This document shows, in pieces, positions 18,879 through 28,973 of a DNA stretch of 64,000 nucleotides. Below the pieces are notes generated by a model that was given only the letters and a program-made list of their open reading frames with translations, searched no databases and was not told where the DNA came from. The position numbers were made by a program, and so were the translations under genes. The first letter of the stretch is position 1, and each line of letters opens with the position of its first letter. The DNA comes from an uncultured delta proteobacterium (GTDB taxonomy: Bacteria > Desulfobacterota > Binatia > JACPRU01), in assembly GCA_963745025.1 (NCBI GenBank), contig CAVUWD010000011.1, positions 416,001 to 480,000 of the forward strand, read 5' to 3'.

Positions 18879-20900
18879 TCAGGATTCCTCGGCCCGGGAT
18901 AGCGCCGCCGACGTCTCCCGCGCCTGGATCGTCGCGCGCACGTGTCGCTCCGCAGGTGTCGGCGTCATCACCACGGCTGTGCCGATCATCATCACGGCGC
19001 CGCCGATCCAGAGCCAGGACACGAGGGGGTTCAAGAAGGTTTGAAACGTGACGAGCCCGCTCGACGGATCGAGAGCGCCGAGCACCAGATAGAGGTCCTC
19101 GCGGAGGGTCTTGCGAATCGCCACCTCCGTCGTTGGCTGCCCCGGCCGCTTGTAGAAGCGCTTTTCCGGCCGGAGCACGCCGATCGACTGACCGGCGCGA
19201 AGCACCGTCACTTCGGCGCGGGTGATCGACAGATGCGGGCTGTCCTCCTTGGTGAGACGATCGAAGCGAAGCTGGTAGCGACCGATGGAGAAGGTCTGCC
19301 CTTCGGCGACCGTCGCTTGCACCTCGTCCTTGAAGAGCGAGGAGCCGGTGATGCCGAGGAAGACCAGAACGATCCCGAGGTGAATGACGTAGCCCCCATA
19401 CCGGCGGTGATTCTTCGAAACCAAGTGAGCGAGCGCGGTAACCGCCGATTCCCCGACGAGCGTCTGGCGAGCGCGCGCGCCGCGGTAGAATTCCAAGGCG
19501 ATCGTCGCAGTCACGAACGAGCAGAGCGAGAACGAAACCAGGCCCGCAAGCTGCCGCATGCCGAGCGCGAAGAGCGCGAGCCCGCTGGCGAAGCCGAACG
19601 CGAGCGGGCCCGCGAAGTTCCGCTGGAGATTCCGCGGCGTGGCGCGTCGCCAGGCAATGATCGGGCCGATGCCGGTGAGAAAGAGCAGGCTGAGGCCGAG
19701 GGGGGCGTTCACCTTGTTGAAGAACGGCGGGCCGACGGTGATCTTCACGCCGCGAACCCATTCCGAGATCACCGGGAAGATCGTTCCCCAGAAGACCGTG
19801 AAACAGATGCCGAGCAGGATCAGGTTGTTGAAGAGGAACGCGGCCTCGCGCGAGAAGAAGGACTCGAGCTGGTTCTGCGAGCGCAGCAGCGGCAGGCGCC
19901 AGATCACCAGACCGACCGACACGGCCAGCGCGCCCGCCAGGAACCAGAGGAAGAACGGCCCGAGCCCCGACTGCGTGAAGCTGTGCACCGACGAGATGAC
20001 TCCCGAGCGCGTGAGGAACGTGCCGAAGATCGTCAGCGCGAAGGCGAGGATGATGAGCGAGACGTTCCACACCTTCAGCATGTCCTTCTTTTCCTGGATC
20101 ATCACCGAGTGGAGAAACGCCGTCATCACGAGCCACGGCATGAAGGCAGCGTTCTCGACGGGATCCCACGCCCAGTAGCCTCCCCAGCCGAGCACCTCGT
20201 AGGCCCAGGCGCCGCCGAACACGTTCCCAAGCGTCAAGAAGCACCAGGCAAAGAGCGTCCAGCGCCGCGTGGAGCGGATCCACGCATCGCCGAGCTGGCC
20301 GGTGGCGAGCGCAGCGATGCAAAAGGCGAACGGAACGCTCACCGTCACGTAGCCCGTGTACAGCGACGGCGGGTGGATCATCATCCAGTAGTTCTGGAGC
20401 AAGGGATTCAGATCGGAGCCCTCGCTCGGCGCAAACGGAAGCCGTCGGAAGGCGGGAACCACGAAGACGAGCAGCGACAGGAAGAAGAGACTGATCGTCA
20501 TGAGCGTCGCCGTGACGTAGGGCATGAGCAGGCGATGACGATCGCGGTTTTGCACGTGCACGATCGTCGACGAGAGATTCAGGACGAAGAGCCAGAGAAG
20601 CAGGCTTCCCGCCATTCCCCCCCAGAGCGCCGCAACCGTGTACTGGAGGGGCAGCGTGCTCGAGGAGTAGCTGGCGACGTACTCGATCTGCAGATCACGC
20701 GTGATGAGCGCGTGCAGCATGATCGCGACGGCCGCGACAACGCAGCCGAAGACGGCGAGCGCGGCGCGGCGGCCGCTGGCGACGAACTCGCCCTTCGCCC
20801 CGCGCGCGCCGTAGACGCACGCGACGATGGAATAGAGCGCGAGGCACCAGGCGAGCTGGAGAGCCAACGTGCCGAGGTCGGAGAGATGGATCCGATCCAT
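18879..20900 (-). CDS. ccmF: Heme lyase CcmF
   Basis: WGGMAGSLLLW, NPLLQN, IHPP, WGGYWAWDPVENAA (WWD), TRSGVISSVHSF; ATG at 20900. Confidence 0.96.
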   Translation of the reverse strand: MDRIHLSDLGTLALQLAWCLALYSIVACVYGARGAKGEFVASGRRAALAVFGCVVAAVAIMLHALITRDLQIEYVASYSSSTLPLQYTVAALWGGMAGSLLLWLFVLNLSSTIVHVQNRDRHRLLMPYVTATLMTISLFFLSLLVFVVPAFRRLPFAPSEGSDLNPLLQNYWMMIHPPSLYTGYVTVSVPFAFCIAALATGQLGDAWIRSTRRWTLFAWCFLTLGNVFGGAWAYEVLGWGGYWAWDPVENAAFMPWLVMTAFLHSVMIQEKKDMLKVWNVSLIILAFALTIFGTFLTRSGVISSVHSFTQSGLGPFFLWFLAGALAVSVGLVIWRLPLLRSQNQLESFFSREAAFLFNNLILLGICFTVFWGTIFPVISEWVRGVKITVGPPFFNKVNAPLGLSLLFLTGIGPIIAWRRATPRNLQRNFAGPLAFGFASGLALFALGMRQLAGLVSFSLCSFVTATIALEFYRGARARQTLVGESAVTALAHLVSKNHRRYGGYVIHLGIVLVFLGITGSSLFKDEVQATVAEGQTFSIGRYQLRFDRLTKEDSPHLSITRAEVTVLRAGQSIGVLRPEKRFYKRPGQPTTEVAIRKTLREDLYLVLGALDPSSGLVTFQTFLNPLVSWLWIGGAVMMIGTAVVMTPTPAERHVRATIQARETSAALSRAEES

Positions 20901-20905
20901 CTGCG

Positions 20906-20978
20906 CTAGCTCGACAGTCTGCGCGGCCGGAGCCGGGGTCGCGACCAACGGGAGCGATTCATCATTGCAGCCTCCTAG
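20906..20978. repeat. ~70-bp CTAG-bounded repeat (family C), copy 1
   Basis: CTAG...TCGCGACCAACGGGAGCGAT...GCAGCCTCCTAG; the right CTAG contains the ccmE stop. Confidence 0.8.
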
Positions 20979-21418
20979 CCCTGGCGGTCCGGGGCCGATT
21001 TGCCGGCTTCGGCCGCCGTCTTGGCCTCGTACTTCGACGGGCAACTGGTGAGCACCTGGCTCGCCTCGAGCACCCCGCTCGTGTAGCGGCCCTCGACGAT
21101 CACGTCCCGGCCGTCGGCGAACATGTCGGGCTTGATGCCGGTGAACGACACGGGCAGCGAAAGCTCCTGCCGATTCGCGTCCGAGAACTCCGCGAGATGG
21201 AACCGCAGGCGAAGCGACTTCGCATCGTAGTCGATCGACCCGGGCTGAACGCGACCGGCCACGCGCAGGGGCATGTTCCCGTACTGCTCCCGCTTCGGCA
21301 GGAATTCCTGGATCGTCAAGTAATACGCAGAGGTTTCACGGATTCCCGTGTACATCAGGTAGCCGATGGTGGCGACGATCACCATCGCGCCGACCACGAA
21401 GCGTAGATTTCGGTTCAC
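20975..21418 (-). CDS. ccmE: Heme chaperone CcmE, CxxxY variant
   Basis: N-terminal TM, YYLT, RVAGRV, KPDMF and CPSKY. Confidence 0.93.
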   Translation of the reverse strand: MNRNLRFVVGAMVIVATIGYLMYTGIRETSAYYLTIQEFLPKREQYGNMPLRVAGRVQPGSIDYDAKSLRLRFHLAEFSDANRQELSLPVSFTGIKPDMFADGRDVIVEGRYTSGVLEASQVLTSCPSKYEAKTAAEAGKSAPDRQG

Positions 21419-21471
21419 GAATCCAAATCCTCCTGCCGAAGCGTAGTGGATAAGGCTCCGGACGGCAACTG

Positions 21472-21537
21472 GGCTACCGGCTACAGGCTACAGGAAAAGA
21501 CTCCGTGCGCCTTTCCCGTAGCCTGTAGCCGGTCGCC
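21472..21537. repeat. Inverted heptamer (GGCTACM) tandem repeat hairpin
   Basis: GGCTACC GGCTACA GGCTACA ... CGTAGCC TGTAGCC GGTCGCC. Confidence 0.8.
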
Positions 21538-21672
21538 GTCTTTAGACCACATGAGTCCAGGCGACCGGCGCGGTTCGGGCGCTCTCGGCCTCGGGCGGTG
21601 CGGACGGGTTTGTCGTCGAAGTTTGCCACGGCCCCGAGCGTCCATTAGTCTCGCCGTCGTCGGATTGCAAAG

Positions 21673-22998
21673 ATGCGCGCGCCGCTCGATCCCTCCGTCT
21701 TCGCCGACCGCCGGAAGCGTTTTCTCGCCGAGCTGCCGGCCGGCTCTTTGGCGCTCCTTCCGGCCGCGCCCGTCGCGATCCGCTCCGGCGACGTGGAGTA
21801 CCCCTACCGCCAAGACAACGACTTCTACTACCTGACCGGTTTTTCCGAGCCAGAGGCGCTCTGCCTGCTCGACACGGTCGGCGCCGAGCGCTTCATCCTC
21901 TTCGTCCTGCCACGCGATCCCGACCGCGAGACGTGGACGGGCAAGCGCTCCGGCGCCGAGGGGGCCCGCGACCGCTATCGGGCTGACGCCGCTCATACGA
22001 TCGAGCAGTTCGAGGACGTCTTCGCAAAGCTTCTCGACGGGCGTGACCGACTCTACTTCGCGCTCGGCCGTCACGAGCGGCTGAATCAACGCGTGCTCGA
22101 ACAGGTGCGGCGCTCACAGGCGACGCGCGAGCGCTCAGGCGCGCCGGCGCTCGCTCTGGTCTCGCCGGCCGACGTTCTCCACGAGATGCGCCTTCACAAG
22201 GCGCCCGAGGAGATCGAGCGCATGCGGCGCGCAGTGACGATCAGCGCCGTGGCGCACCGCGAGGCGCTCTTGGCCGCTCGGCCCGGGGCGAACGAGCACG
22301 AGATCGAGGCGACCATCGACTTCGTGTTCCGGCGACTGGGCGGCACGGGACCGGCCTACCCGTCGATCGTGGCCTCGGGCCGGAACGCGACGATCCTCCA
22401 CTACACGGAAAACTCCCGCGAGCTCGAGGACGGAGACTTGCTGCTGATCGATGCAGGCGCGGAATACGACCATTATTGCGCGGACGTCACGCGCGCCTAC
22501 CCCGTCGCTGCCACCTTCTCGGCGGAGCAGCGGCAAGTCTACGAAATCGTGCTCGCTGCCCAGAAGGCAGCCATCGAGAAGGTATCGCCCGGCGTGACGT
22601 TCGACGACGTCCACGGCGTGGCGCTGCGAGGCCTCGTCGAGGGTCTCTGCTCGCTCGGCGTTCTCTCGACGTCCGTCGACGAGGCGATCGACAAGACCGC
22701 CTACCGGCCCTTTTTCATGCACCGCACCAGCCACTGGCTCGGCATGGATGTCCACGACGTCGGCAAGTACCGGCTGGGTGACAAGTCGCGGGTGCTGGAG
22801 CCCGGGATGGTGCTGACGGTCGAGCCCGGACTCTACTTCTCCGAGAGCGGGGACGGAGGAGCGGCGCGGCTTCACGGGATCGGCATCCGCATCGAGGACG
22901 ACGTGCTCGTCACCGAGCACGGCCACGAGGTCCTTACCGCTGAGATCCCCAAGGAGATCGGCGATCTCGAGCGTCTCGCCCGCGAGCGCCCGCGGTAG
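21673..22998 (+). CDS. pepP: Xaa-Pro aminopeptidase P
   Basis: YRQDNDFYYLTGF, LHY, LIDAGAE, ADVTR, HWLGMDVHD, TVEPGLY, GIRIEDD. Confidence 0.95.
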   Translation: MRAPLDPSVFADRRKRFLAELPAGSLALLPAAPVAIRSGDVEYPYRQDNDFYYLTGFSEPEALCLLDTVGAERFILFVLPRDPDRETWTGKRSGAEGARDRYRADAAHTIEQFEDVFAKLLDGRDRLYFALGRHERLNQRVLEQVRRSQATRERSGAPALALVSPADVLHEMRLHKAPEEIERMRRAVTISAVAHREALLAARPGANEHEIEATIDFVFRRLGGTGPAYPSIVASGRNATILHYTENSRELEDGDLLLIDAGAEYDHYCADVTRAYPVAATFSAEQRQVYEIVLAAQKAAIEKVSPGVTFDDVHGVALRGLVEGLCSLGVLSTSVDEAIDKTAYRPFFMHRTSHWLGMDVHDVGKYRLGDKSRVLEPGMVLTVEPGLYFSESGDGGAARLHGIGIRIEDDVLVTEHGHEVLTAEIPKEIGDLERLARERPR

Positions 22999-23143
22999 CT
23001 CCCTCCGGTTCGTCGATTCGCTGACTGCGCGCGGCGTAACCAATGGTGACGTCGTGACATCTTTTCAGCAGGTCTGCACAAAAAATCGTCGCGCGGGACG
23101 CATCGCGGCGAAAATAGCCCCGGAAATACGGCAACTCGAAATC

Positions 23144-23158
23144 GGGCATGGGGTTTGC
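23144..23158 (+). promoter_or_regulatory. Putative sigma-54 -24/-12 promoter
   Basis: GGGCATGGGGTTTGC: GG-N10-GC spacing, close to TGGCAC-N5-TTGC, 28 nt upstream of the ATG at 23187. Confidence 0.6.
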
Positions 23159-23186
23159 GTGACTAGGAGGATGGAGGTCGCCCGCG

Positions 23187-23390
23187 ATGACCAGCACGAC
23201 GCTCGCCGGGAAACGATGCCGCACCAGCAAGTGGGTGAACGGCCCGGGTGGACGGGTCGAGCCCATGTCCGAGGGAAGGATACGCTACGTGTCGGAGAAT
23301 GTCGGTCGCTTGATCGTGTTAGTAGACTGGGACAAGGGTGGTTCCAGCGTGCTCTTCCCCGAAGAGATCGAGCTTCTCGACGCGGCGTAG
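23187..23390 (+). CDS. Small hypothetical protein (67 aa)
   Basis: GGAGG RBS; protein-like beta-rich composition (LIVLVDWD...LFPEEIE). Confidence 0.7.
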   Translation: MTSTTLAGKRCRTSKWVNGPGGRVEPMSEGRIRYVSENVGRLIVLVDWDKGGSSVLFPEEIELLDAA

Positions 23391-23399
23391 CCGACGACG

Positions 23400-23470
23400 C
23401 TAGCCGGGTAGGTTGCCTGGCCGGAGCCGGTTCGCGACCAACGGGAGCGATCTGTGGCGCAGTCTCCTAA
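23400..23470. repeat. Family C repeat, copy 2
   Basis: CTAG...TTCGCGACCAACGGGAGCGATCTGTGGCGCAGTCTCCTAA; contains the stop of the 23467 gene. Confidence 0.85.
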
Positions 23471-23763
23471 CCGCCGTTTCGCCGCAGATACGAGTCGATC
23501 GTCATTCGCTCGTCCAGGCTGAGCGGCGGCTGGCGAGCTTCGTGGATGCGCTGATCCATTCGGGGAAGCACCATGTTCCAGAGAGGATACTTCATGCTCG
23601 ACGGCTGGAAGGGAGAGTGACAGGTGGTCCCGCAGCGTTGTCGATAGAGCTCCGCCGCGGCCGAGCCCTCCTCCGGAAGCGGTCTCGTGCACCCGGTAAG
23701 GATCGACAGGGCGCCGAGCGCCGCGACGCCGAGCCCAATGATCCCTTTACCCCCCATCGTCAT
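23467..23763 (-). CDS. Small monoheme c-type cytochrome lipoprotein (CX3CH motif)
   Basis: Lipobox ILTGC; LYRQRCGTTCH; W...RM candidate distal Met; start at 23763 or 23757. Confidence 0.75.
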   Translation of the reverse strand: MTMGGKGIIGLGVAALGALSILTGCTRPLPEEGSAAAELYRQRCGTTCHSPFQPSSMKYPLWNMVLPRMDQRIHEARQPPLSLDERMTIDSYLRRNGG

Positions 23764-23782
23764 TCGCGTACGGTGACGAGGC

Positions 23783-24463
23783 ATGTCGTATCGTGCTCTC
23801 ACGGTCGTCGCGGTTCCTTTCGCGCTCGTCATTACCTCCTCCACACCGGCTCTCGCCTTTCATTCGCTGGCCGATCACGTCAAGAACGGTCCAGCGGCGG
23901 CGAACGCTCGGGAGTCGTTCCGCTGCCTCGATCGCGGCGATGAGAGCGACGACGACACCGTCAAGCTCGACTGGTACGGCCGCGGCAAGGATCTCGCCGA
24001 GCAAGCGATCCGGCAAGACGATATGAGCCCGGATGCCCATTTCGCTCTGTTCGCGAACTGGGGGCGATGGCTGCAGACCGACGGGTGGCTGAAAAACTCG
24101 TACCACCTTCCCGCGCTTCACCGCGAGCTCGACCGCGCGCTCGAGCTCGATCCCAATTATGCCGACGCGCTCGCAGCCAAAGGCGGCCTCTATCTCCAGC
24201 TCCCGCGCTTTCTCGGCGGTGACGCCGTCAAGGCCGAGACGCTGCTGGTGCGCGCGATCGAGCTCGATCCCGCCGCCGTGGGCGCCCGGCTCGAGCTCGC
24301 CGATCGCTACCTGTACCTCGATCGCCGCGATGAGGCGCGGGATCTCAGCGGCACGGCGCTGCGCCTGGCCATCGAGCAGGGGAAGCCTCACTTCGTCAGC
24401 CGTGCCGCCAAGCTCTTAGAGGAAATCGGGCCGCCGCCGACACACGCGGAAGCGAAGCGCTAG
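23783..24463 (+). CDS. Secreted TPR-containing protein
   Basis: Signal peptide (PALA); repeated RALELDP/RAIELDP; LPRFLGGD. Confidence 0.8.
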   Translation: MSYRALTVVAVPFALVITSSTPALAFHSLADHVKNGPAAANARESFRCLDRGDESDDDTVKLDWYGRGKDLAEQAIRQDDMSPDAHFALFANWGRWLQTDGWLKNSYHLPALHRELDRALELDPNYADALAAKGGLYLQLPRFLGGDAVKAETLLVRAIELDPAAVGARLELADRYLYLDRRDEARDLSGTALRLAIEQGKPHFVSRAAKLLEEIGPPPTHAEAKR

Positions 24464-24597
24464 CTCGGCAGGATGCTGCATCCCCTTTGATCGCGCCCAA
24501 CGGGCGCGATCCGTGGCGCAGTCTCCTAGCCCGGCAGGATGCTTCGGCCGAAGATGGTTCGCGAGCAACGGGAGCGATCCGTGACGCAGTCTCCTAG
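24460..24597. repeat. Family C repeat, tandem copies 3 and 4 sharing a central CTAG
   Basis: CTAG at 24460, 24526 and 24594; both units CNCGGCAGGATGCT...TCGCG..CAACGGG.GCGATCCGTG.CGCAGTCTC. Confidence 0.9.
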
Positions 24598-24620
24598 GTC
24601 TCCCCGCGACTCCGATCGAC

Positions 24621-26294
24621 CTACGACGTCACGGCACCGAGCGATGCCGATGACACGTGGCGCGCATATTTCGCCATCACGCCGCTTGCGTAGCGGGGCT
24701 CCGGGGGTGTCCAGGCAGCGAGGCGCTTCTTCATCTCTTCGTCGCTGATCTCGACGTCGAGCCGACGTGCGGTGATATCGAAGGAGACGACGTCGCCCTC
24801 GCGGACCGCGGCGATCGGCCCCCCCACTTGCGCTTCGGGCGCGACGTGCCCGGCCATGAGTCCGCGCGTGGCTCCCGAGAATCGGCCGTCGGTGAGCAGC
24901 GCCACCGTGTCGCCGAGCCCCTCGCCGACCAGCGCCGCGGTCACGCCGAGCATCTCGCGCATTCCGGGCCCGCCCTTCGGGCCTTCATAGCGGATGACGA
25001 CGACGTCTCCGGGCTTGATCCTTCCGGCGCGTACCGCACCGAAGGAATCTTCCTCGCACTCGAAGACGCGCGCCGGACCCCGGTGAGTCAACCGCTCGTG
25101 GCCCGCGACCTTCACCACGCAGCCCTCGGGCGCCAGGTTCCCCTTGAGAATGACGAGGCCGCCGGTCGCCTTGAGCGGCCGATCGAGCGTCACCACCACC
25201 TTCTGGCCGGCCGTCTCCTTCGCGCCGCGGGCTTCTTCGCCTACGGTCTTGCCAGTGACCGTCGGCTGCTTCTCGTGGAGCAGGCCGGCAGCGGCCAGCC
25301 GCTGCGCGACCAGCGGCACGCCCCCGGCGTGATAGAGGTCGGTCGCCACGTACTTGCCGCCGGGAACGAGGTCGACGATCAACGGGGTCTTGCGGCTGAT
25401 GATGTCGAAGTCGTCGATCGAGAGAGGCACTCCGGCCTCGCGGGCCACGGCGAGAAGATGCAGCACGCCGTTCGTCGAGCCACCAGAGGCGACCACGCCG
25501 GCGATCGCGTTCTCGATCGATGCGCGGGTGATGATCGCGCGCGCGGTCACACCGCGGCGAAGCAGGTCCATCACCAGCTCGCCGCAGCGATAGGCCGCGC
25601 GATCCTTCTCCTCGAGCATCGCCGGAACACCGTTGGCCCCCATCGGCGAGATGCCGAGCATCTCGAAGGCCATCGCCATCGTGTTCGCCGTGTACTGGCC
25701 GCCGCACGCGCCCGGGCCGGGACAGACGACGTTCTCGAGCTCGGCCAGATCGGCGTCCGAGATCTTGCCCGCGGCGTGGGCGCCGACCGCCTCGAAGATG
25801 TCCCCGACCGCGACGTTCCTGCCGCGGAAGCGACCGGGGGCAATCGAGCCCCCGTAGAGCATCAACGACGGGAGATCGAGGCGTGCCAGCGCCATGACCG
25901 TGCCGGGGATCGTCTTGTCGCACCCCGAGATCGCGACGACTGCATCGAAGAGGTATCCGCGCGTGGCGAGCTCGATCGAGTCGGCGATCACCTCGCGAGA
26001 GATGAGCGACGTCTTCATTGCCTCCGTCCCCATGCTGATCCCGTCCGAAACCGCGATCGTGTTGAATTCGAGCGGCGTGCCGCCCGCGGCTCGAACGCCT
26101 TGCTTCACTTTCTCGGACAGACGGCGGAGATGAAAATTGCAAGGCATCGCATCGGTCCAGGTATTCGCCACCGCCACCAAAGGTTTCTTCAGGTCGTCGT
26201 CGGTGAGGCCGATGGCTTTGAAGTAGGACCGCGCCGGAGCGCGGTCGGGGCCGTCGAGGAGGCGGCGGCTCTTGGCACGGATGTCGTTTTCCAT
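24621..26294 (-). CDS. ilvD: Dihydroxy-acid dehydratase
   Basis: [51 protein letters not shown]. Confidence 0.97.
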   Translation of the reverse strand: MENDIRAKSRRLLDGPDRAPARSYFKAIGLTDDDLKKPLVAVANTWTDAMPCNFHLRRLSEKVKQGVRAAGGTPLEFNTIAVSDGISMGTEAMKTSLISREVIADSIELATRGYLFDAVVAISGCDKTIPGTVMALARLDLPSLMLYGGSIAPGRFRGRNVAVGDIFEAVGAHAAGKISDADLAELENVVCPGPGACGGQYTANTMAMAFEMLGISPMGANGVPAMLEEKDRAAYRCGELVMDLLRRGVTARAIITRASIENAIAGVVASGGSTNGVLHLLAVAREAGVPLSIDDFDIISRKTPLIVDLVPGGKYVATDLYHAGGVPLVAQRLAAAGLLHEKQPTVTGKTVGEEARGAKETAGQKVVVTLDRPLKATGGLVILKGNLAPEGCVVKVAGHERLTHRGPARVFECEEDSFGAVRAGRIKPGDVVVIRYEGPKGGPGMREMLGVTAALVGEGLGDTVALLTDGRFSGATRGLMAGHVAPEAQVGGPIAAVREGDVVSFDITARRLDVEISDEEMKKRLAAWTPPEPRYASGVMAKYARHVSSASLGAVTS

Positions 26295-26392
26295 GCGGCG
26301 GAAGTTACTGGGAGCCCCGCACGCCTGCAAGGGAGAGGGGCAGTGGGGACGTGACCCTTCGCCCGCCGTCCAGTAGAATCTCAGCCCGAGAG

Positions 26393-27319
26393 ATGGCCAG
26401 ACGAGAATCCTCGCGCATGACGGCGGTGGAGACGTTCCTGCTCGAATTCCAGGACCGCGTGACGAGCGCGCTCGAGGAGGAAGACGGTCAAGCCCGCTTC
26501 GAGGACGAGCGCATCGACGGCGACGGAGGCGGCTTCGCGAGGCCGCGGGTGCTTTCAGACGGGCCCGTGCTCGAGCGCGCTGCCGTGAATTTTTCGCACA
26601 CGGTCGGCCGCGACCTGCCGGCGCCCGCGACGGCTCGGCGGCCCGAGCTCGCCGGCGCCAGCTACGACGCGATCTCGGTCTCGCTGATCGTGCATCCTCG
26701 AAATCCGTACGCGCCGACGAGCCACGCGAACTTCCGCTTGTTCCTCGCGACACGCGACGGCCAAGAGCCCGCCTGGTGGTTCGGTGGCGGGTTCGATCTG
26801 ACGCCCTACTACGGCTTCGAGGAAGATGCGGTTCATTGGCACCGCTCGGCGAAGGAGGCCTGCGACCCGTTCGGCGCCGAGCTCTACGCGCGCTACAAGC
26901 GGGCGTGCGATGAATATTTTTTTCTCAAACATCGCGACGAGCCCCGCGGCATCGGCGGTCTCTTCTTCGACGACCTTACCGAGGGCGGCTTCGAGCGCTC
27001 GTTCGCTTTCGTGCGCAGCGTCGCCGAGCACTATCTCCTCGGCTATCGCCCGATCCTCGCACGGCGAAAGCGTCATCCGTTCGGGGAGCGCGAGCGCTCG
27101 TTTCAGCTCTTCCGCCGCGGCCGCTACGTGGAGTTCAACTTGATTTACGATCGCGGCACGCGCTTCGGCCTGCAGTCGGGGGGGCGCGTCGAATCGATCC
27201 TCGCCTCGCTGCCGCCGCTGGTGTCGTGGCGCTACGGCTGGCGACCCGAGCCGGGAACGGCGGAAGCCGAGCTCTACGAGAAGTTTCTGCGACCGCGTGA
27301 CTGGATCCGCACCGAGTGA
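26393..27319 (+). CDS. hemF: Oxygen-dependent coproporphyrinogen III oxidase
   Basis: [46 protein letters not shown]. Confidence 0.97.
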   Translation: MARRESSRMTAVETFLLEFQDRVTSALEEEDGQARFEDERIDGDGGGFARPRVLSDGPVLERAAVNFSHTVGRDLPAPATARRPELAGASYDAISVSLIVHPRNPYAPTSHANFRLFLATRDGQEPAWWFGGGFDLTPYYGFEEDAVHWHRSAKEACDPFGAELYARYKRACDEYFFLKHRDEPRGIGGLFFDDLTEGGFERSFAFVRSVAEHYLLGYRPILARRKRHPFGERERSFQLFRRGRYVEFNLIYDRGTRFGLQSGGRVESILASLPPLVSWRYGWRPEPGTAEAELYEKFLRPRDWIRTE

Positions 27320-27394
27320 TCAGGCCGCGACCACATGCTCGGTCGGTCCGCAGCGATTCGTCCTCGGCCGAAAGGGGGCCGCGTCCCGCGTTCC

Positions 27395-28627
27395 TCAACG
27401 CGCAAGCAGGGCGAACTGGTTGACGGTGAAAAATTCGTTCCGTACCCGAGCGTCCACGACGACGCGGTTCATAGTCGTGACCGCGGCATCGCCGGTCACG
27501 TGATTGATGACCGTTTGTCCGATCCACAGCGGCGCGCGGACGCGTTCGTTGCCGGGGCTAAACGCCGGATTTCCGTAGAGCGTGAAGATCGTCTTGGTGT
27601 GCTTTCCCTGCCGGTCGTACGCGAAGACGTACAGGGCCACGCCCGTCTGCTCGTCGATGAAGAGCACACGCTTCGCGTACGGGTGATTCGGATCTTTGGG
27701 GGTGCCTTCGAGCAAGAGCATCGTGCGCAGTTCCCAAGGGTCGGCCGGATAGCCGCGGCGCGGCTCGAAGGTCGCTTTCGCAGCTCTCACTGCGACCGGC
27801 GCCAGCAGCGTGGCGCGCCCGAGGAAGCGCCAGTCGTACTCGTGCAGGTACCCCCAGAAGCCGTAGAAGTCCTCGTTCAAGAGCTCGCTCGACATCATCC
27901 GCTCTCGCGGGTCGACGTTGACCTGACGGACCTTCCGCATCTCCGGTATCCAGGCGAAATTCAGATCGCTGGTGCGATCGTCGTCGTAGCGTAACTTGAG
28001 CCTCATCTGGTTCTTCACGTCTTCCGGTGCGAGAACTTGATAAAACTCCTTGAAGAGGACCCCGTCGCCCTCCCAGAGGTTGGCCTTCGCGTCGAGCCGA
28101 TGCATGCCGTACCCCAGGGCATAGTAGAACTCCATATCGCGCACCATGTGCCCGGTTCCGTCGAGGATTTGAAACACTCCCCACGCCTGGGCGGAGTCGA
28201 TCGACTCGTGGCACCGATAATTCCACGCGAGCTTGAGGCCGGCTTGAGGGTCCGCCGGATCGATTTGCGGAAACGGACGACCGGCGACGTAGCCTTCGAG
28301 GCTTCCATCCGGGCGAAGGCGGGGCTGCCCGGCATTTCGTCGCGTCGCCTCGACATAGGCGGGGCTCGGGGGCAAGTCGGTGGTCCGCTGCGTGCGAATC
28401 TCAAGCTCTCCGCTCTTGACCTTTTCGACGAGCTCGGCGGGGAGAAGGCCTTCCGCGCGTTGCCAATTCCCCCGGGAAAGCACGGCGGGCATTTCCGCTT
28501 CGGCGGGGTCCTTGGACGGGGCTATCGACCGTTCGATGTCGCCCGTGGCATCTAAACTGTCCGCCAGGCTACTCACGCTTGCGGTTAGCATTGTTGCGAA
28601 CACGATCGGCACGATGAAGATTCGCAT
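27395..28627 (-). CDS. DUF1329 family exported protein
   Basis: Signal peptide; GRPFPQIDPADPQAGLKLAWN, AWIPEMRKVR and HPYAKR; GGAGG RBS. Confidence 0.8.
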   Translation of the reverse strand: MRIFIVPIVFATMLTASVSSLADSLDATGDIERSIAPSKDPAEAEMPAVLSRGNWQRAEGLLPAELVEKVKSGELEIRTQRTTDLPPSPAYVEATRRNAGQPRLRPDGSLEGYVAGRPFPQIDPADPQAGLKLAWNYRCHESIDSAQAWGVFQILDGTGHMVRDMEFYYALGYGMHRLDAKANLWEGDGVLFKEFYQVLAPEDVKNQMRLKLRYDDDRTSDLNFAWIPEMRKVRQVNVDPRERMMSSELLNEDFYGFWGYLHEYDWRFLGRATLLAPVAVRAAKATFEPRRGYPADPWELRTMLLLEGTPKDPNHPYAKRVLFIDEQTGVALYVFAYDRQGKHTKTIFTLYGNPAFSPGNERVRAPLWIGQTVINHVTGDAAVTTMNRVVVDARVRNEFFTVNQFALLAR

Positions 28628-28655
28628 GGGTATCCTCCGTCCTACCTTATAATCG

Positions 28656-28670
28656 GCATCTTCCGTGCCT
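28656..28670 (-). promoter_or_regulatory. Putative sigma-54 -24/-12 promoter of the DUF1329 gene
   Basis: Minus strand AGGCACGGAAGATGC: GGCACG with GG-N10-GC spacing, 28 nt before the ATG. Confidence 0.6.
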
Positions 28671-28973
28671 GACAGCTAGGGTCGTAGAATCTCAATTTCC
28701 CGTCGCTACGGCATGCCCGCAGGAGCCCAGGTGCCGCCAAAAGGTGCGATTGGCCCGAATCGAGTCAACCGCCGAATAGGCTGAAACGTAGTTTTGGCGC
28801 GAATCTTGTCCACTTGGTCGAGAAGCCGGACCGCGACGCGGTCGTCGAAGATCGCCGGCCTCGGCAACCCGGGGAACGAGTGCTAGGGCATAGCGCCCCT
28901 TGCCATCGGTGGACGAGGGGCCACGCGCCCTTCGCGAGCACGCTCGAGTTTGCCTTACCCATCGGCCGTAGGT

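Noticed and set aside
23400-24597. Family C repeats as a CRISPR array
   Set aside because: Units are about 70 bp, divergent, and separated by whole genes or abutting; no unique spacers and no cas genes
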